DNA from: Camelus dromedarius
Lineage: Eukaryota
Assembly: GCF_036321535.1 (NCBI RefSeq)
Contig: NC_087472.1
Coordinates: 95,296,001-95,360,000, forward strand
Direction of reading: 5' to 3'
DNA: 64,000 bases
Shown: positions 11,381 to 25,130 of the stretch, one piece after another
Position numbering within the stretch: the first letter of the stretch is position 1
Layout: the number at the start of each line of letters is the position of its first letter
Translations under genes and position numbers: made by a program
Notes under the pieces: model-generated
Database searches by the model: none
Seen by the model: only the letters and a program-made list of their open reading frames with translations
Told to the model about the DNA's origin: nothing

Positions 11381-14149
11381 CTATACTCTCCTCCGGAGGA
11401 GGCGTGCTTTCCTCCGCCCTTAGGGAGCGCCAGCGTCTGCCACAGACCCCTATGTGTACGAAGTACTCCGTAGCTGTCTGATGATTAATTTGGGGAAAGA
11501 TGAAATTTCTGTTCCTAAGTAGCAAATATTCTTATAGTTTCTAAAAAATGAAATTCTTTAAAAATGAAACTTTACTTTTAGGAGCTATAATACCAGTTCT
11601 TTTTCTGAAATAGAGTACACACAATAGCTGTAACAACCTTCTGTCCTCCGTGTGAGTCTCCCTTACTTCAAATGATATACAGGGAGATATGTCTTTGTCC
11701 ATAATTTTCTTAAATACTGTCTTCTCTTAGCTGTTACTGCTCTCTATCATCTGTGAGCGTAGTGATTTCAATTTTATAAGTATTGTTCTTCCTATTGTTT
11801 GTATATGCCTAACAACTAGAATTATTTACCCCTATCATTCTTACATTCTTCTGTCATTTCCACTGCATCTTGCCAAAAACAAAGACAGCAACCAAAATCT
11901 TCTACAAAGAAGATGCTAACCTCCAGGAAAAATCCAGAAGTTAACTATTTCCTATTCATCCATAAATATAAAACATGCATAAAGACTGGCAAAAAGAACA
12001 AATGTAGAGTGATATAGCTAGTAAAACCTTTCTTCCTCACTTTCAAAAAATGAAAAGCCAAAGTTTTACTTGACCAGGTTTAGGCATACAGATGTAAACA
12101 CTCCCATGAACAATTATTTACATAAATCTTCTAAGATTTGGAAGCTTATCATAATTCAGAATGTAAATTGGTATGTCACAATCTAAATCTTCAGTAACAT
12201 TTATAAAAAATCAATAGCTTATCTGCAGTGATAGCATCCAAAAGAGGAAAAATAAGAGAAAAGGAGGACCTGATACCTACCACTAACATGAGGCACCATG
12301 GGCATAGTTTCTGTCAAATCTGGGGAGTTGCAAGTATCACACAGTAATTTCTCAATAAATTTCAGTTTCCTTCCTTGTTAGAATAAGTAAGACTGCTTCT
12401 GAAAACAACGAGAAGACTCTGACTGGCTCACCAGGCTCATGTGCATGATCTAGCATGAATCACATGACTGCTGCTGCCCTGGGAAGAGGTGAGCAGTTGT
12501 GAGCCTGAGGCACTGAAGAAAACCCATCCAAATGCATTTGTCTCGATTATGCTATGTCCACTATAATATGCATACCTCCCCTTTTGTATCATTTAGGACC
12601 AGTTTTAATGTAAAGTGTGTTCTGGGGTCTGCTGTGTGCTGCTGTGACATCCTTTACTAGGTTCAATACAGTATTATCTAACTCTGGCCCACTTCACATC
12701 CACATCATAGACTCAGTTTCATGATAGCTTTCAGTAAACTTGTCACACAGAGGTGGTCCAAACAGAATATAAAGAAAAAGTATTTGCATCATTCTGGAGC
12801 AAATCTTGAACAAAGATTGAAGAAATCTGGGTCAGATCTAATGGGAAATAGTTGAGATACTTCTAGTTTTTAGCCAGTGGACTGATATTATGTAAGGCTG
12901 GGGAAAGTTAATCTGACATCCTTCACAATAGATCAGAAAAGAAAACTAACGTAGGCAGAGCAACCGAGACAATGACAGTAATTCTGGGACTAGGTTTTGG
13001 GAACCATTGCAGGTAACTTAATCTATTCTTCAGGTGTACCTGTAGCTTGTTTTAATACAGTTATTCATATTTACACAGTAATTCAGACTGGTCTTTCCTT
13101 CCATTAGAACAGGGACAACACAAGTATGTGATTTTTGACACTCAACTCAGTGCTATCTCATCCATTACAAATTAGTTGAGACATGATATTTTTTGCCTTA
13201 AATTCTGAAAAATGAAATTAATTCAATGAAATTGCTTGGCTCAGCTAAACTTTCAATCTTCTGAGTAATCATCATAATTGGAATTGGCTGGAAACAGCAA
13301 AGTTTTAACTTGTAAAGCAAGATCATATTTTGAAGTATTAATTAAGGGGCTTTTTTTTTTTCTGTATAAGTTTCCTCAAGCCCATTACTTTTCTCTCCAC
13401 CATTCAGCATCCTCAGGGTGAGAATGAATACAGTCAAGAAGTTAATTGATCTTTTGAAAGAAATAAAAATGAAAACAGACAAACAGTGAGACAATATTTC
13501 TGAAAGCCTTGGTTTTCAATCTCAAGAGCCACAAACTTGAGAGAGAGAGAAATTGTTCGATTTCCTTTTTTATTATAAAGACTTATCCAAGCAAGTGTTT
13601 AGAGGACTGAGACTTAAGTAGCAGAGAATAAAAAAATGAGGGAAATGTGTGGGAGAGAACTCTGAGTCCTCCAATTCGATCATGTACTCATTCAACTAAC
13701 TTTTATGGGGGCTTATCACGTTCCAGGCACCAATCTGAGTGCTGGAGATACAGCAATAATTAAAACAGGCCAAAAATGCCTCTCTCAAAGAGGGGGATTA
13801 CATTCTAAGTGGTAGAGACAGACCCCAAAAATGAGATAACTCAGTCAAATGTTTAGTAAGTTGTGTGGCTATAACTGTGAAGTTCAGTGTAGTACAGGAG
13901 TAGCTCAAACACTTGGCCAAGAACTAGAGTAGATGCCCCAAAGGAATCTGCTAGCAGGATAAGAAGAACACAAAGTGTATCGCCTTCATGATCAAAGGCC
14001 TTCGTAAGAATTTAGGCCCTCAATGGTGGATCTAAGCAAGGGGCTTGATGTTCAAAAACCTGGGTCGGAGGGTGGTGGTTAAAGTACATTAGAGAGAGGT
14101 AGGCAAGGGCAGGAGTTCTCAAACAAACCTGAGGCTCCTCCCCCAATGC

Positions 14150-14672
14150 CAGTGGAGTCAACTGAATGCAAAAATGGTTACAGTACTTCACCTCTCCCTG
14201 TACTTAAACTCTTCGAAATGTGAGTTGGTAGCAATTCCCATCCAGAAGTGGAATTTTTTCCCCAGCTCTTGAAAGTGGTCTGGCCTTGTGACTTACTTTG
14301 GCGAAGAGAACCAAGCGCAGTGGAGAGTGTGGCTCTGAGTCTGAACCTTAAGGGACTATTCATTCTTCTACATATTCTTTTGAAACCCTGCCACTACCAC
14401 CTGAACAAGTTGGGGCCACCCTGCTGGAGATGCAAGATCACTGGCAGGAGAGCCCAGTCATCCCAGCAAAAGTCATTCTGGACCCGACTATTGACAGATG
14501 AACCCCAGACATGGGGGTGAGCCCTAGCTCAAAAGAGCTGCAGATACCTAAATGAATCCCCTGAGAGCATAAGAAACCTCTAGCTGATGGCTTGTGAGCA
14601 ATAAACCATGTTTACTATATAAGCCACTGAGTTCTGGGGTGGTTTATTTCACAGTAATAGCTAACTGGCATA
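14150..14672 (+). mobile_element. Old MaLR LTR (MLT1F/G/H-like)
   Basis: 'ctggccttgtgacttactttgg', 'aagccactgagttctggggtggtttatttcacagtaatagctaactg'. Confidence 0.7.
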
Positions 14673-15772
14673 ACCAGGAAAATGTATGAATTCTGTGTAA
14701 ATTCTCTAAGGCCTTAAATAACCCTGGGTAGAAGTGAGAAGAATAGGAAAATGGAAACCATTAAATTAATTGAGTTTAAATCCGGAGTTAACCACATTTA
14801 CATTTGGAAGTAATTAAGTTACTTTTGATTGGAAAATTGGTAGAAATGGGGGTTTGTGAACTAAAGCTTGGTACAAAGAAAGAAAGTCACATGTACACCT
14901 GAGATGCAATTATACATTATAAACTGGTTACCCTTCTGCTAAAATCATTTCAGTTATACTAGTGAGGCAGCCGCTCCAGAGAAATCAATGTCATGAGTCA
15001 GCCATGCCCTTCAGGGACCAGAGCACCTGGTAGACCTCAAAGTTTCTGAATCAAAATGTAATTATTTCAAGAAATCTGTTACTGTTGTTTCCATAGCACA
15101 TTATTTAATTTTAAAAATTGCAGGTATTCTTTCTGTATGCAGTGGACAGCTTCTGCAAGGAAAATGGGAAATTAATGGGAACACAGCAGAGATCATGCAG
15201 CCTGCAAACCCATCAACAAGGCTACAGAGTTCCTCACCCTCAGTCACTGCGTGACCTAGAGTAGGAACTGAAGAAAACCCTCGAGATGCCACAGAGAGTG
15301 CAACCGCCTCTTCTAGCAAGCTGTAAACTTGGAAAACAAAGAACCAAAGCAGGCTTCATTTCCTTTCTTTTCCCACTGGGCACTGAGAATCTCAGGAAAA
15401 TGAAATGCCAGGAGCAGCCCTTGGTATCTCACTATCCCTTAGGTTAAAAACCCACTATCTTAAGAACCCTGGGTAGTAAAATATGCCTTTGTGGAGCCCT
15501 ACACAGCATGGTAGCCTCTAAGATTAAAACATTGCTTAGAGCTAAATTTATATCTCCTACAACTAGAGGGTGGGTTTAGAGTGCAGTTAACCCGTCTTTC
15601 TCTGTTTCTTTACCATCCTGGATTGTCTGAGACTCTCTTCTTCACTGATCACACATCCCGTAAGACTGATCATGTCAACAAAGAAACTCTTAACACTGAT
15701 CGGATCTTCTGCCAATAAAGCACACATGGGTTCTGAATAAGAAAGTCTGGTCAATACCTATAATGAAAAGAA

Positions 15773-15785
15773 AGAGAGAGAGAGA

Positions 15786-15825
<40 letters not shown>

Positions 15826-15842
15826 TGTGTGTGTGTGTGTGT
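15773..15842. repeat. Compound (GA)n(TG)n microsatellite
   Basis: Read directly; the TG run has one interruption near 15818. Confidence 0.97.
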
Positions 15843-16042
15843 AAGTGAATCACTATGCTGCATACGAGAAAAATTTTTTTTAGAAAAGGCAACTCTGTAA
15901 CCCCAGCTCATTATGCATGTTCTAGATGTACTGCTTGGAATTTAAATAAATATATAAAGCACAAGAATTAAAAAAAAAAAAGTCTGGTCAAGATTGTTCA
16001 CTGGTATGTTTAGGGGACTGGTCTCAGTCACTGTTGTAATTC

Positions 16043-16250
16043 TCTGCCATCCATTACAGTAGCCACTACCCACGTGTGGCAATTTATATTTAAAGTGAAA
16101 TAAAATTACAAATGAAGTAAAATTAAAAATTCAATTCATCAGTCACACTAGTCAAATTTCAAGTTCTTGACAGCCCCCTGTGGCTAGAGGCCGCCATATT
16201 ACCACAGAGAACATTTCTGTCTTCACAGAAGTTTCTATTGAATAGCACAG
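16043..16250 (+). mobile_element. MER3-like hAT MITE
   Basis: 'gtagccactacccacgtgtggc', 'cagtcacactagtcaaatttcaag', 'gaagtttctattgaatagcacag'. Confidence 0.75.
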
Positions 16251-18409
16251 CTCTAAATATCTAGTATTAACCAGAAAAATTCTCTTCTTTTACTTAAATA
16301 TACTTTTCATCTACTCTTTGATGATCAAGGATCCTGGCTTATTGAATAATTTTTATTTTAAAAATAAACTAAAATTTCAAGGTTAGCGTAGATTGAGGAT
16401 TGTATTGGATCTAGCCTATGTCTTGGAATTTTCTCATGTGAAACAGTAACAAAAAATTCTGTCTTCCAAAACCAGCAAAATGCACTGTCTTTGCCTTGTT
16501 CTGTAAAACCAATTTACATGATATACATTGATTCCCAAAAAAAAAAAAAAAAATGGGTATGATCAGCTATACATTGGCTTATCAAAAGTTTTCCTGGATG
16601 TACCTGATGGCAATTTATTGATGTTGAAGGAAGAAGGAATTTCAACATAGGATCAAGCGCCCTCTAAGTAAACTGACTTGACTTATGAGGACTTCACTTA
16701 CAGAAAATCAGGTTGTAAAATAATTCTTCTAGAAGCAAAGGGAAAGCATCTTTCTCAGAAATCATCTCTTCAAAGCCAAAGAGGGACTTAGAAAAAAAGT
16801 CTCTCTTGCCTTTCCCAAAAAATGTAATTCTTTCTTTTTTATTCAAGAGAACATGGATGTAAAAATAGACAGTCAAGTTATATTTTCCCCACTAAGTAAA
16901 TCTGCAAGTCTTAAGAATTAATCAAGGCACACCAAGTACATCTTTGTATCCTGAATTTTAAGGATAATCCAAGAATTTTGTGATTGGTTAAATTTATGTG
17001 AAAGAGATTATGTTACAACTGGCCTATAAACCAGTGATGCACATTATCTCTTTAATTCTTAAAAACATAAGATCAGAAAGTAAGCATGAACAAATTGTTG
17101 ACTCATTGTCTTTGTTTCCAGCATGGCTAGGGGTGGGGGTATATTCACAAAGAATCTGAGAATTCTGTTTCCAGATTAGTGTTTCTTAGCCTAGTGGAAA
17201 GGAAGTGGTTTGGTAACATACATAAAAGCGATATCAATATCATAGAATTACATTTTTTTGATAGGACTCAAAGTTTTTTTGTCTTTGTTTTTTGAAATAT
17301 CACTGCAATAATCATTTCATTCTTAAATTAAAAGTTTAGTGCTCTGAATCTAAAAATTCAATGGTACACAGATCATAAGGCCCTGGAAAGCTAATTAAAG
17401 CTATTTTTTAAAGTTTTAGAGTATGGTATATACATAGTTTTTTAAGTGATCTAAAGTTGAAAGAACAATATAAAAACTAAAAGTTGAAAATATCACTATA
17501 ACAAAGCAGTATTATAATAGTATTTATACTAAATCTATCTGTGTTCTGGTTAAGCATTTGATTCAGAAGAGTGTGTAATTAATCATGTCTGTGCCTATAT
17601 ATATTCAACACTAAAACAGAAAAATCCTTTATAGAAGAATACCAACAGAGGCCCTTCAACTTTCAATATGTGAAGAATTGAAGAGGACTTACAGCAAAAT
17701 AATGAAAATGATTAAAGTTCGGAAATAGGATTGAGGAATAAAGGTTAAATGATTTGACATTATTTAAACCTAAAGAAAAGAAAACCAGCAGGTGGTTTTA
17801 ATAATGATCTCTAAAACATGAAGGCTTATTACAAAAGGAGTCAGTCTCCATCTCTCGTATCGAGAGAATAAAAGGAAATATTGAAAGATTAACAGACCAC
17901 CTATTTTGTGGTGAAGTGCTGTGATACATTCTGTCACAAGCTTAGAAAACACTATTTTCAGGTTATATAATTGAAATCTTTTTAGTTACATAGAAATAAA
18001 AATCACTATCAAAGAAGAGAGGCAAGCTCCCCTACCTACCCCCCTTTCCAACCCCACTTTACCTTGTAGGTTCATGTTTTGCCACTAAGAGAGGAGATAA
18101 CAATCATACCTTTCACTCTCTGATCCTAGTATCATGCAAATAAAACGTCTTAGCAAATTACCCCCATCATCACCACCCCCCATCAATCCATTTTTCATCT
18201 GGTAACATTTACTAAAGCACACACAAAAAGAAGGAGACAAACAAGTCATTAGAGAAGGGACTAAATTACTCGTCTTCAATACATAAAAGTTGAACATTGG
18301 GCAAGTGGTGAAAAAACGGAATGTCATTGAAGTTAGATCAAACAGAATTTACAATCCATCTCAGCCATTTACTAAATGAATGACCTGTACTCAGGGTTAC
18401 CTTCCTCCA

Positions 18410-19030
18410 TGCAATCAACAAAGATTTATTAGGCACCTACAACCATACTGGGCACTGTACAGGCCTCCATGGAAATACCAGTGAGCAAAACACAATAATC
18501 CCTGTCCTCACAAAGCTTATATTTCATGGAAGAAAAATTGCGTAGTGTCTTATATGCCATTGCAGCAACTTTGGATTTTATTCTGAGAATTTTTTTAATA
18601 GACGAGTGATATGATTTGACACATATTTTTAGAAGCTTACTCTAGATTCTGTGCGAAGAATCAACTGCAGAAGGACATGAGTGAAAGTGGCCAGATCAGA
18701 TAGACGACTAATGCAATAATCCAGGCAAGAGGCGATGGTTTGACAAGGGTAGTGGCAACGGATGTGTTGAGAAGTGATCCTGTAAATATTATGAATATCC
18801 AGTCAATAGGGTTTACTGATAAATTTGATTTGAGGTCTGAGAGAAAAGTCCAATACAGCCCCAAAGTTTTGTACCAGAGTAACTGGAAAGATGGAACTGC
18901 TATTAACCGAGGTGGGGAGACTAGGGGTTTAACAGGTTGTGGGGAGGAAGATAAGGCACTCCACTTTGAACAAATGTTTGCAATGGCTATAAGAACATAA
19001 AGTGGAGATGTCAGGAGAGCAATCAGATGA
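18410..19030 (-). mobile_element. L2 fragment(s) flanked by MIR pieces
   Basis: 'caacaaagatttattaggcacctac', 'tccctgtcctcacaaagcttat', 'actggaaagatggaactgc', 'gtggagatgtc'. Confidence 0.7.
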
Positions 19031-21073
19031 ACTTCACATCTCTGAACTTGTTCTCCTTATCTATAAAACTGGGTAATAATTATGTGAGAACCCAAGACAG
19101 CATACGTAAAGAACCTGGCACATAGCAGGTAACAGAGGAAATGGTCACCACCACTGCTGTCCAACAAATCTACGTTCATGTCAATAGTGGAGACTAAGTT
19201 CAAAAAGGCAAGGGGCAGGTAATTATGGTCGTAATCATGCTACAAAACCAGCAACCATAGCATCTCAATGGCATACCCTAAGAAACATTTCACTGTCAGC
19301 TGATGCAGGCTGGGCCCACCCATGTGTCCACTGCCAGCTGGAAATTCCACTGAATTAGGCTGGTGTCAGTGGGGAATGGCCCTGCTCTTTGTGGCTCTCA
19401 TTTTCCTCCCAGGACTAGTATATTTGTCCCACAGAGAGAAGAGATGTGAAAGAGAGGAATACTGAATAGTTAAGAAAAGTAACTTCATTGTACTTTACCA
19501 CTTGCTTTCTTGCCAACTAAAACTAATCCCAGTATGAAGCTGCCTGAGCAGTCCACCTCTAAATCTTACTCATCAGCACAGAACTCCCCACACTCTCTTG
19601 CCTCCCAGTGACAAGGATTCACCCTGGAGGCACATGCTCCAGGGCCATCTTGCTCAGAAACAGCACATGATATAATAGGTAGGTAATCACAAATCGTCCT
19701 GCTATCAGAAATCTGACCGCAGCAGTGAAAGGTATTTACCACTTTCAATGCTGGGAAAAGATGTGCCACTTGCTGCTATAACAACACACGCAGCCAGTCT
19801 TTTCTGAATGAGCAAAATATTTCTAGTCTGTTGGCAATCATGACTAGGATTCAGGTCCAACGTCAAAAATGATCAGTGAACTTTTACTGACTACTTACAT
19901 TCATTCTTTCCCTTAGCTTGATTTCTTAAAAAGCTGGGCTGATGATATGTTAGAAAGCAGAGGGAGGACATTAAGAATTGGGCTGTTTCTTGAATTAAAT
20001 CATTTTCATGAGCTGATGTTTTCACTGATGGAATAAACGTACCAATGAGTACAAGTTAATACTAGGGTATTAATACTAGGGTATGAAATGTAAATGCAGC
20101 TATCTGAGATACAAAAGATTCTGTTATCTATGTTTAGTCCTGCTCATGTTATGTATATATACATATAGCGTATCAATTTAAATATAGTTTATGAGGATGG
20201 AATTATGGTTTAATTATTAATTAAGCAATATGTGGCAAGGCAACAGTTCTGACATTTATGAGAAAATTAAATTTCCAACACAGAAAGCATAAGACACAGT
20301 TGGGTGCATCCAATCCCCAAGGATGTGATTATCTAATGATAAACCATGTTTTCTGCAGCTGCGTGATTGCCGTGACCAAAAAAAAATGTTTATTATAAGT
20401 AAGACTGTGTTCTTTTTGTATGAAGAATAGCTGAAGTTGGTTCCACAGAATATCAAACAGATGTTTCAACCAAATTGTGTATCTTCAATGGATTAATTCT
20501 TGCTATTTAAACTGGACAGCTTCTGAAAGCAGATACAGTCTATAGGAGGAAAATGTAAATACTTCTCAAGCAAATTTTGCATCACTGTAAAATAACGAAC
20601 GGCTACTAAAGGTACAGATGCAGGCAGTTTCGAGCTTCCCAGCTTCATTTTGTATGCACATATACACAAAAGCTTGTGAGAGCGTAATACTGACTCAGGA
20701 TGATTTGGGAAATTTTTCCAGTAGCAGGACTAGTTTGTGCTGTGGTTCCACCGTCTGTGAGAGGACTGGCAAGGATTAGGCACGAGAGCTTTTTTTTTTT
20801 TAAACTTAGTTTAGAGAAAATAACATTTTAAAAATATAAAACCATGACATCTTGATTTTATTAACCCTACTCTGTGCTAGGCAATCTATAAGGCACATAT
20901 ATACACTATGTCATTTAATCCCAATGATAACCTTAAAGAGGCGTTGTTACAATTACTGCTAACTAAAGTCCGGATCCGTCCGGCGTCTTACTCGTGATCA
21001 CACTAGACAATACAAACACTTGGATCTGAAACTAAGGTTTGTCAGGCCTCAAAACCTATGTTTCTTTTGACTA

Positions 21074-21536
21074 TGTCAGGGTGCTGGATAGTTTCCAGGT
21101 ACCCTGTCCAGCTTTCCACCCTTCTCCATCCCGATTTTGGTCCTTGGAGCTGGATCTATGTGGACTACGTCAACATTCTTAACTTCCTTCTGGCTTTTGT
21201 CTGGGTTCAGCCAAAGGGAGCCCCTGCAGGAGCTCTGACAGCTGCTGTCTAAGAAGCTGCCCCCCCCTCATTTTTTCATTCATTCTTTTCATTGTCTCCC
21301 TCCCTCCCTCCTTCCTTCCTTCTCTCTCTCTCCCCATCCCAGCCCCTAGTTTCCAGAAACAGCTCCCACCTCTTGCTCATTTAGGCCCCAGTGCTGTCAT
21401 CTCCCCGATATAACAAGCCCCAGTTCACTGCACTTTCTTTCGTGGGTCCAACCCCTTTGTAGAGAGTTCCCTTATTAGGTTATCTTCAAATTACTTAATG
21501 AGTGTTCCATCTGTTTCCTGCTTACCCTCTGATACA
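21074..21536. mobile_element. Old ERVL-type solo LTR (LTR33-like) with an internal CT-rich low-complexity tract
   Basis: TG...CA ends; 'ccacccttctccatcc', 'ctatgtggactacgtcaac', 'ccatctgtttcctg...ctgataca'. Confidence 0.6.
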
Positions 21537-22156
21537 GCCATGGTTTTTTTCAATTTATTAAGTAAAATTCTATACATAGTTTGATTTTCCTCTTTCAACA
21601 ATGTTAAATACCATTACTACATTCCAGATACTGCTAGGTTCTGGGGACACTAAGATCTAAACTACAGCCCTACTTTCAAGAAGCTCACAGTCTAGGGCAC
21701 CAGTATATTTTGATAAATAGTATTATAGAAGAATTTACAAAGAGAGGGTGTTTAATCTAAACACAAGGGTCAGAGAAAGCTTCCCAAGCCAGCCATGTCT
21801 GAGTGAGACCTTAGAAAGATGAATGTAGTTGCTGGAAGGGTATTTCATTAAGAGAGCCTTAAGAGAGTCCTGCAGAGATGGACCAGTGGTTTCTAATGTT
21901 GAAGGGCCTTCTCTAGTCTGTCCTTAGGAGTTCTAGTTTAATCTTGAAATACTACAAGTAGAATAGATACATGCACAACCTTTCATTTCAGGAAAGAAAT
22001 TCTGAAAACAAAAAAGAAAGTGGATTAGAAGGAGCAAGTTCCGAAGACTCACTCAGAGGAAACTGTAGAAGTTGGAGGCAAAGTTATTTTGGCTTGAAAT
22101 GGTAACAGAAGGTTGAAAGGATGAGCAGACAGAAAAATTTCTCTTGCTGGACCGTC

Positions 22157-22245
22157 CTATATGTATAACCTATATATAATCTCCATATATAATCCTATAT
22201 AATATAATACATATATATCTTATATGCAATCTATATATAATTTAT
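22157..22245. repeat. Degenerate TA-rich simple repeat (cctatatataat-like units)
   Basis: Read directly. Confidence 0.8.
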
Positions 22246-22325
22246 TTATCATGCAGTTGAAGGAGGAATCAAGGATGACTCCCAGGTTTCTGGTTTGGGC
22301 TACCAGGTGGAAATCACCTAAATAT

Positions 22326-22559
22326 CAGGGTTTCTCGATCACAGGACTGTTGACGTCCGGGGCCAGAAAGTCCCATTGTAGGGACAGATGGGCGCTGTCC
22401 CGGGCAGTATAGGATGTTGAGCAGCATCCCATACCTCAACCCACTAGATGCCAGTAGCATCCTCCCAACCCCTCTCCCTGAGTACAAGAAGCGAAAATAT
22501 CCCCAGACATTGTGAAACATCCCCCGGCAGGCCAAATCACTCCTGATTAAGAACCACTG
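22326..22559 (+). mobile_element. MER20 hAT MITE
   Basis: TIRs 'cagggtttctc'/'aagaaccactg'; internal 'ggatgttgagcagcatccc', 'cactagatgccagtagca'. Confidence 0.88.
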
Positions 22560-23284
22560 TCTCATGTGAGAGCGGAAGGCTAAGAACTGACTTGTGCAGC
22601 ACAACAGTGGGTACCTGCTTTGGATAAATGGCATTGGAAGTTTTTATGAGAGAGGAATTGTTTGTACAAATGAGGGGGACCCAAGGGAATCTTAGCTGTA
22701 GATCTCCATTTGGGAGACATGAGCACATCGTCGCTAAACCCCTTGAGAAATTTGGATTCCCTTGGGAATGCATGACTAGTCCTCTGACATATTTCAATCA
22801 TGAAATTTAGGAAGGCCATCAGAAGTTTTATGAGAATAAAGCAATCATATACACTAGAAATAGACTTTTTTTTTTTTTTTTTACTTCTCAAGATCTATAT
22901 CCTTTGACAAACAAACTTAAATATACATACTTAATCAGTTTTTGGTTTATCTGTGAAAACGGAATGTATCAAATTTCTGTGTGTTCCTGTGTGTCAGTGA
23001 AGGAACAGTCTCCCTTCGCTGCCTTGCCACAACTGCCTATATGTGAAGGGGAACGACATTTGTCACCAAGATATCTCTGGAACAGATCAAGAGTGAACAT
23101 CAGGAACATCACTCAAGTCACTTGAGTAGAAAGCCACAGCGCAAGAATGAGAGCTTAACGGCATGTGACTTTTTTCTCAGGTGCTTTAAAAAAACACACA
23201 CACACATACCCACACCATTCACACTTCTGTATTTTATAAAGAATCCAACAGCACTTCAACCTGCATTACCATCATGACAATGAT

Positions 23285-23520
23285 AGCCAGTGCCACTGAG
23301 AACTTACTAGATGCCAGAAACCCTGAGAATTTTATAGGCACTGTCTCGTTTAATCTTCCCCTAAACCCTGGGAGTTCAATGCTTTTATTATCTTCTTTCA
23401 CCGATGAGGAAGGAAAGGCTCACAGGGTTAATGAACTTGCCCCAGGAGACAGAGCTGGTAGACACAGCGAACGCTGGAACATTGGTCAATGCCATCATGA
23501 GCCTCTCTCTTCAACACCAT
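23285..23520 (-). mobile_element. MIR SINE
   Basis: MIR core 'tttcaccgatgaggaaggaaaggctcacagggttaatgaacttgccc'. Confidence 0.75.
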
Positions 23521-24289
23521 GGCACACACCCTGAGTCTCATGTACACACAGACACATGGCAAATACAAATATCAGGTGTTTAGCATTTGATTTAGGAAAA
23601 GAAAACAACTGAACAAGAATGGTCAAGCTTATCAGGTATTTGATGCACGGGTGTACTCAGTACTGAAAATACAAATTGAATGGCAACAAGATGCCTGGCT
23701 TCTTCCTCTGCTTTAGTTCTGATTTTATTCTGACTTGTATTTCATTTAGTTATTTTTCCCAGGTATCTTTCCCATTCAATTTTAAACTCCTTGAGAGCAG
23801 AGATGGTGTCTGTGTAACTTTTACAACACAAAGTTATATTGACTGACACACAGTAAGTGTCCCCCACCCCAAATCATTTTTTGTTTAATTATAAACCAAG
23901 GAATGGCTTAAAGTCTAAATGTCTGAGGATAAGCTCATTTCTGCACATTGCGGTAATTTCCCCTTGTAGTTAACTGTGCCTCGGGGGCTGTTTCACTTCA
24001 ACAGCAAATGGTCTACTCTCACAGGCAAGGATGGTCTCCTAAAATTTAGTTATTTGATCTGCTAAAATATTCCCTGTAGAAAGGAAAATGCTTATTTTTC
24101 TTTTCTGTTTTTGGTTCTGTTTTGCTTTGAGCCGACCTCTTTGCTGGGTAAATTCCTTTGGAAAGAAAGAGTTGGGCAGGTATTTAGCTTTCTTCCCAGT
24201 TTCCATGTACAGATAACAGAATAGCAAGTGGTGGGGGTACTCGGGTCCTGAGGCCAACAAAAGTGGGTTCATATACCACATTTACATAT

Positions 24290-25130
24290 TTATCACTTAA
24301 GAGCTGTGTGATCTTGGCCAAGTTAGCCATGATAAATCTCAGGGTAATTCTTTCCTCGTATCTAAGCTGGAGACATTAACAACATCATCAGGATGCTATG
24401 AGCATCAAATGAAATAAGGTATACAAAGAATTTCCCACAGCCTGGCATTCATTCATATTAAGGTTTCCAGCTCTGGGGACACAGTGATGAACCCAGTGGA
24501 AGACAGCTTCTGCCTTCACAGAGCTGACGTTACAGTAGAGGAGCGGGGAAACATCTATTAAAGACATTTCTTGAAAGAAAACAATGACTGCATGGAGGGT
24601 TAAAAAGGAAACAAAGAAGTTCCTGAGATGGGGGGATATGGAGGGGGGGGGACTGTGCATTTTAATCTAAGGAAAATCAGAAGCCATGGAAACTTTTAAA
24701 GCAGAGGCTCATTCAAATCTGATTTGCATTATTAGAAGTTCTCTGTGGCTACTGTGTGGCTGTCACAGACTAGAGGAAGATAAGGATAGAGGCAAGGAAG
24801 GAATTAGAACAATACAGTAATCGTCCAGATGATGTGTGATAATTGCCTTGCACAGGCTGGTGGCAGTAGGGACAGAGATGAACGGATGGAACGAATACTT
24901 ATTTTGGACATGGAACCAAAAGAATGGAAAGAGAGAAATAAAAGAAGACTCCTAGACTCCCGGCTGGCACAGGTGGGTAGGTGGAGATGACATTTACTGT
25001 GCAAAGTCTGATGAGTAGAAGTACACTACTAGTACTGAGTGCTAACAAGTAGGATGTGCTAACCCTGAGTTGCCAGTGCTACATCTCAGTGGGAAAGTCA
25101 CAGAAACAGCTGCACACAGGAAAACTGAGG
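24290..25130. mobile_element. MIR (+, ~24290-24450) followed by L2 (-) fragments
   Basis: 'gctgtgtgatcttggccaagtta', 'ttctgccttcacagagctgac', 'gtaatcgtccagatga', 'gactcctagactcccggctg'. Confidence 0.6.

Noticed and set aside
16694..16876. Minus-strand exon ending at a GTAAGT donor (SLFGFEEMISEKDAFPLLLEELFYNLIF)
   Set aside because: The only nearby acceptor is an atypical AAG and the peptide is unrecognised.
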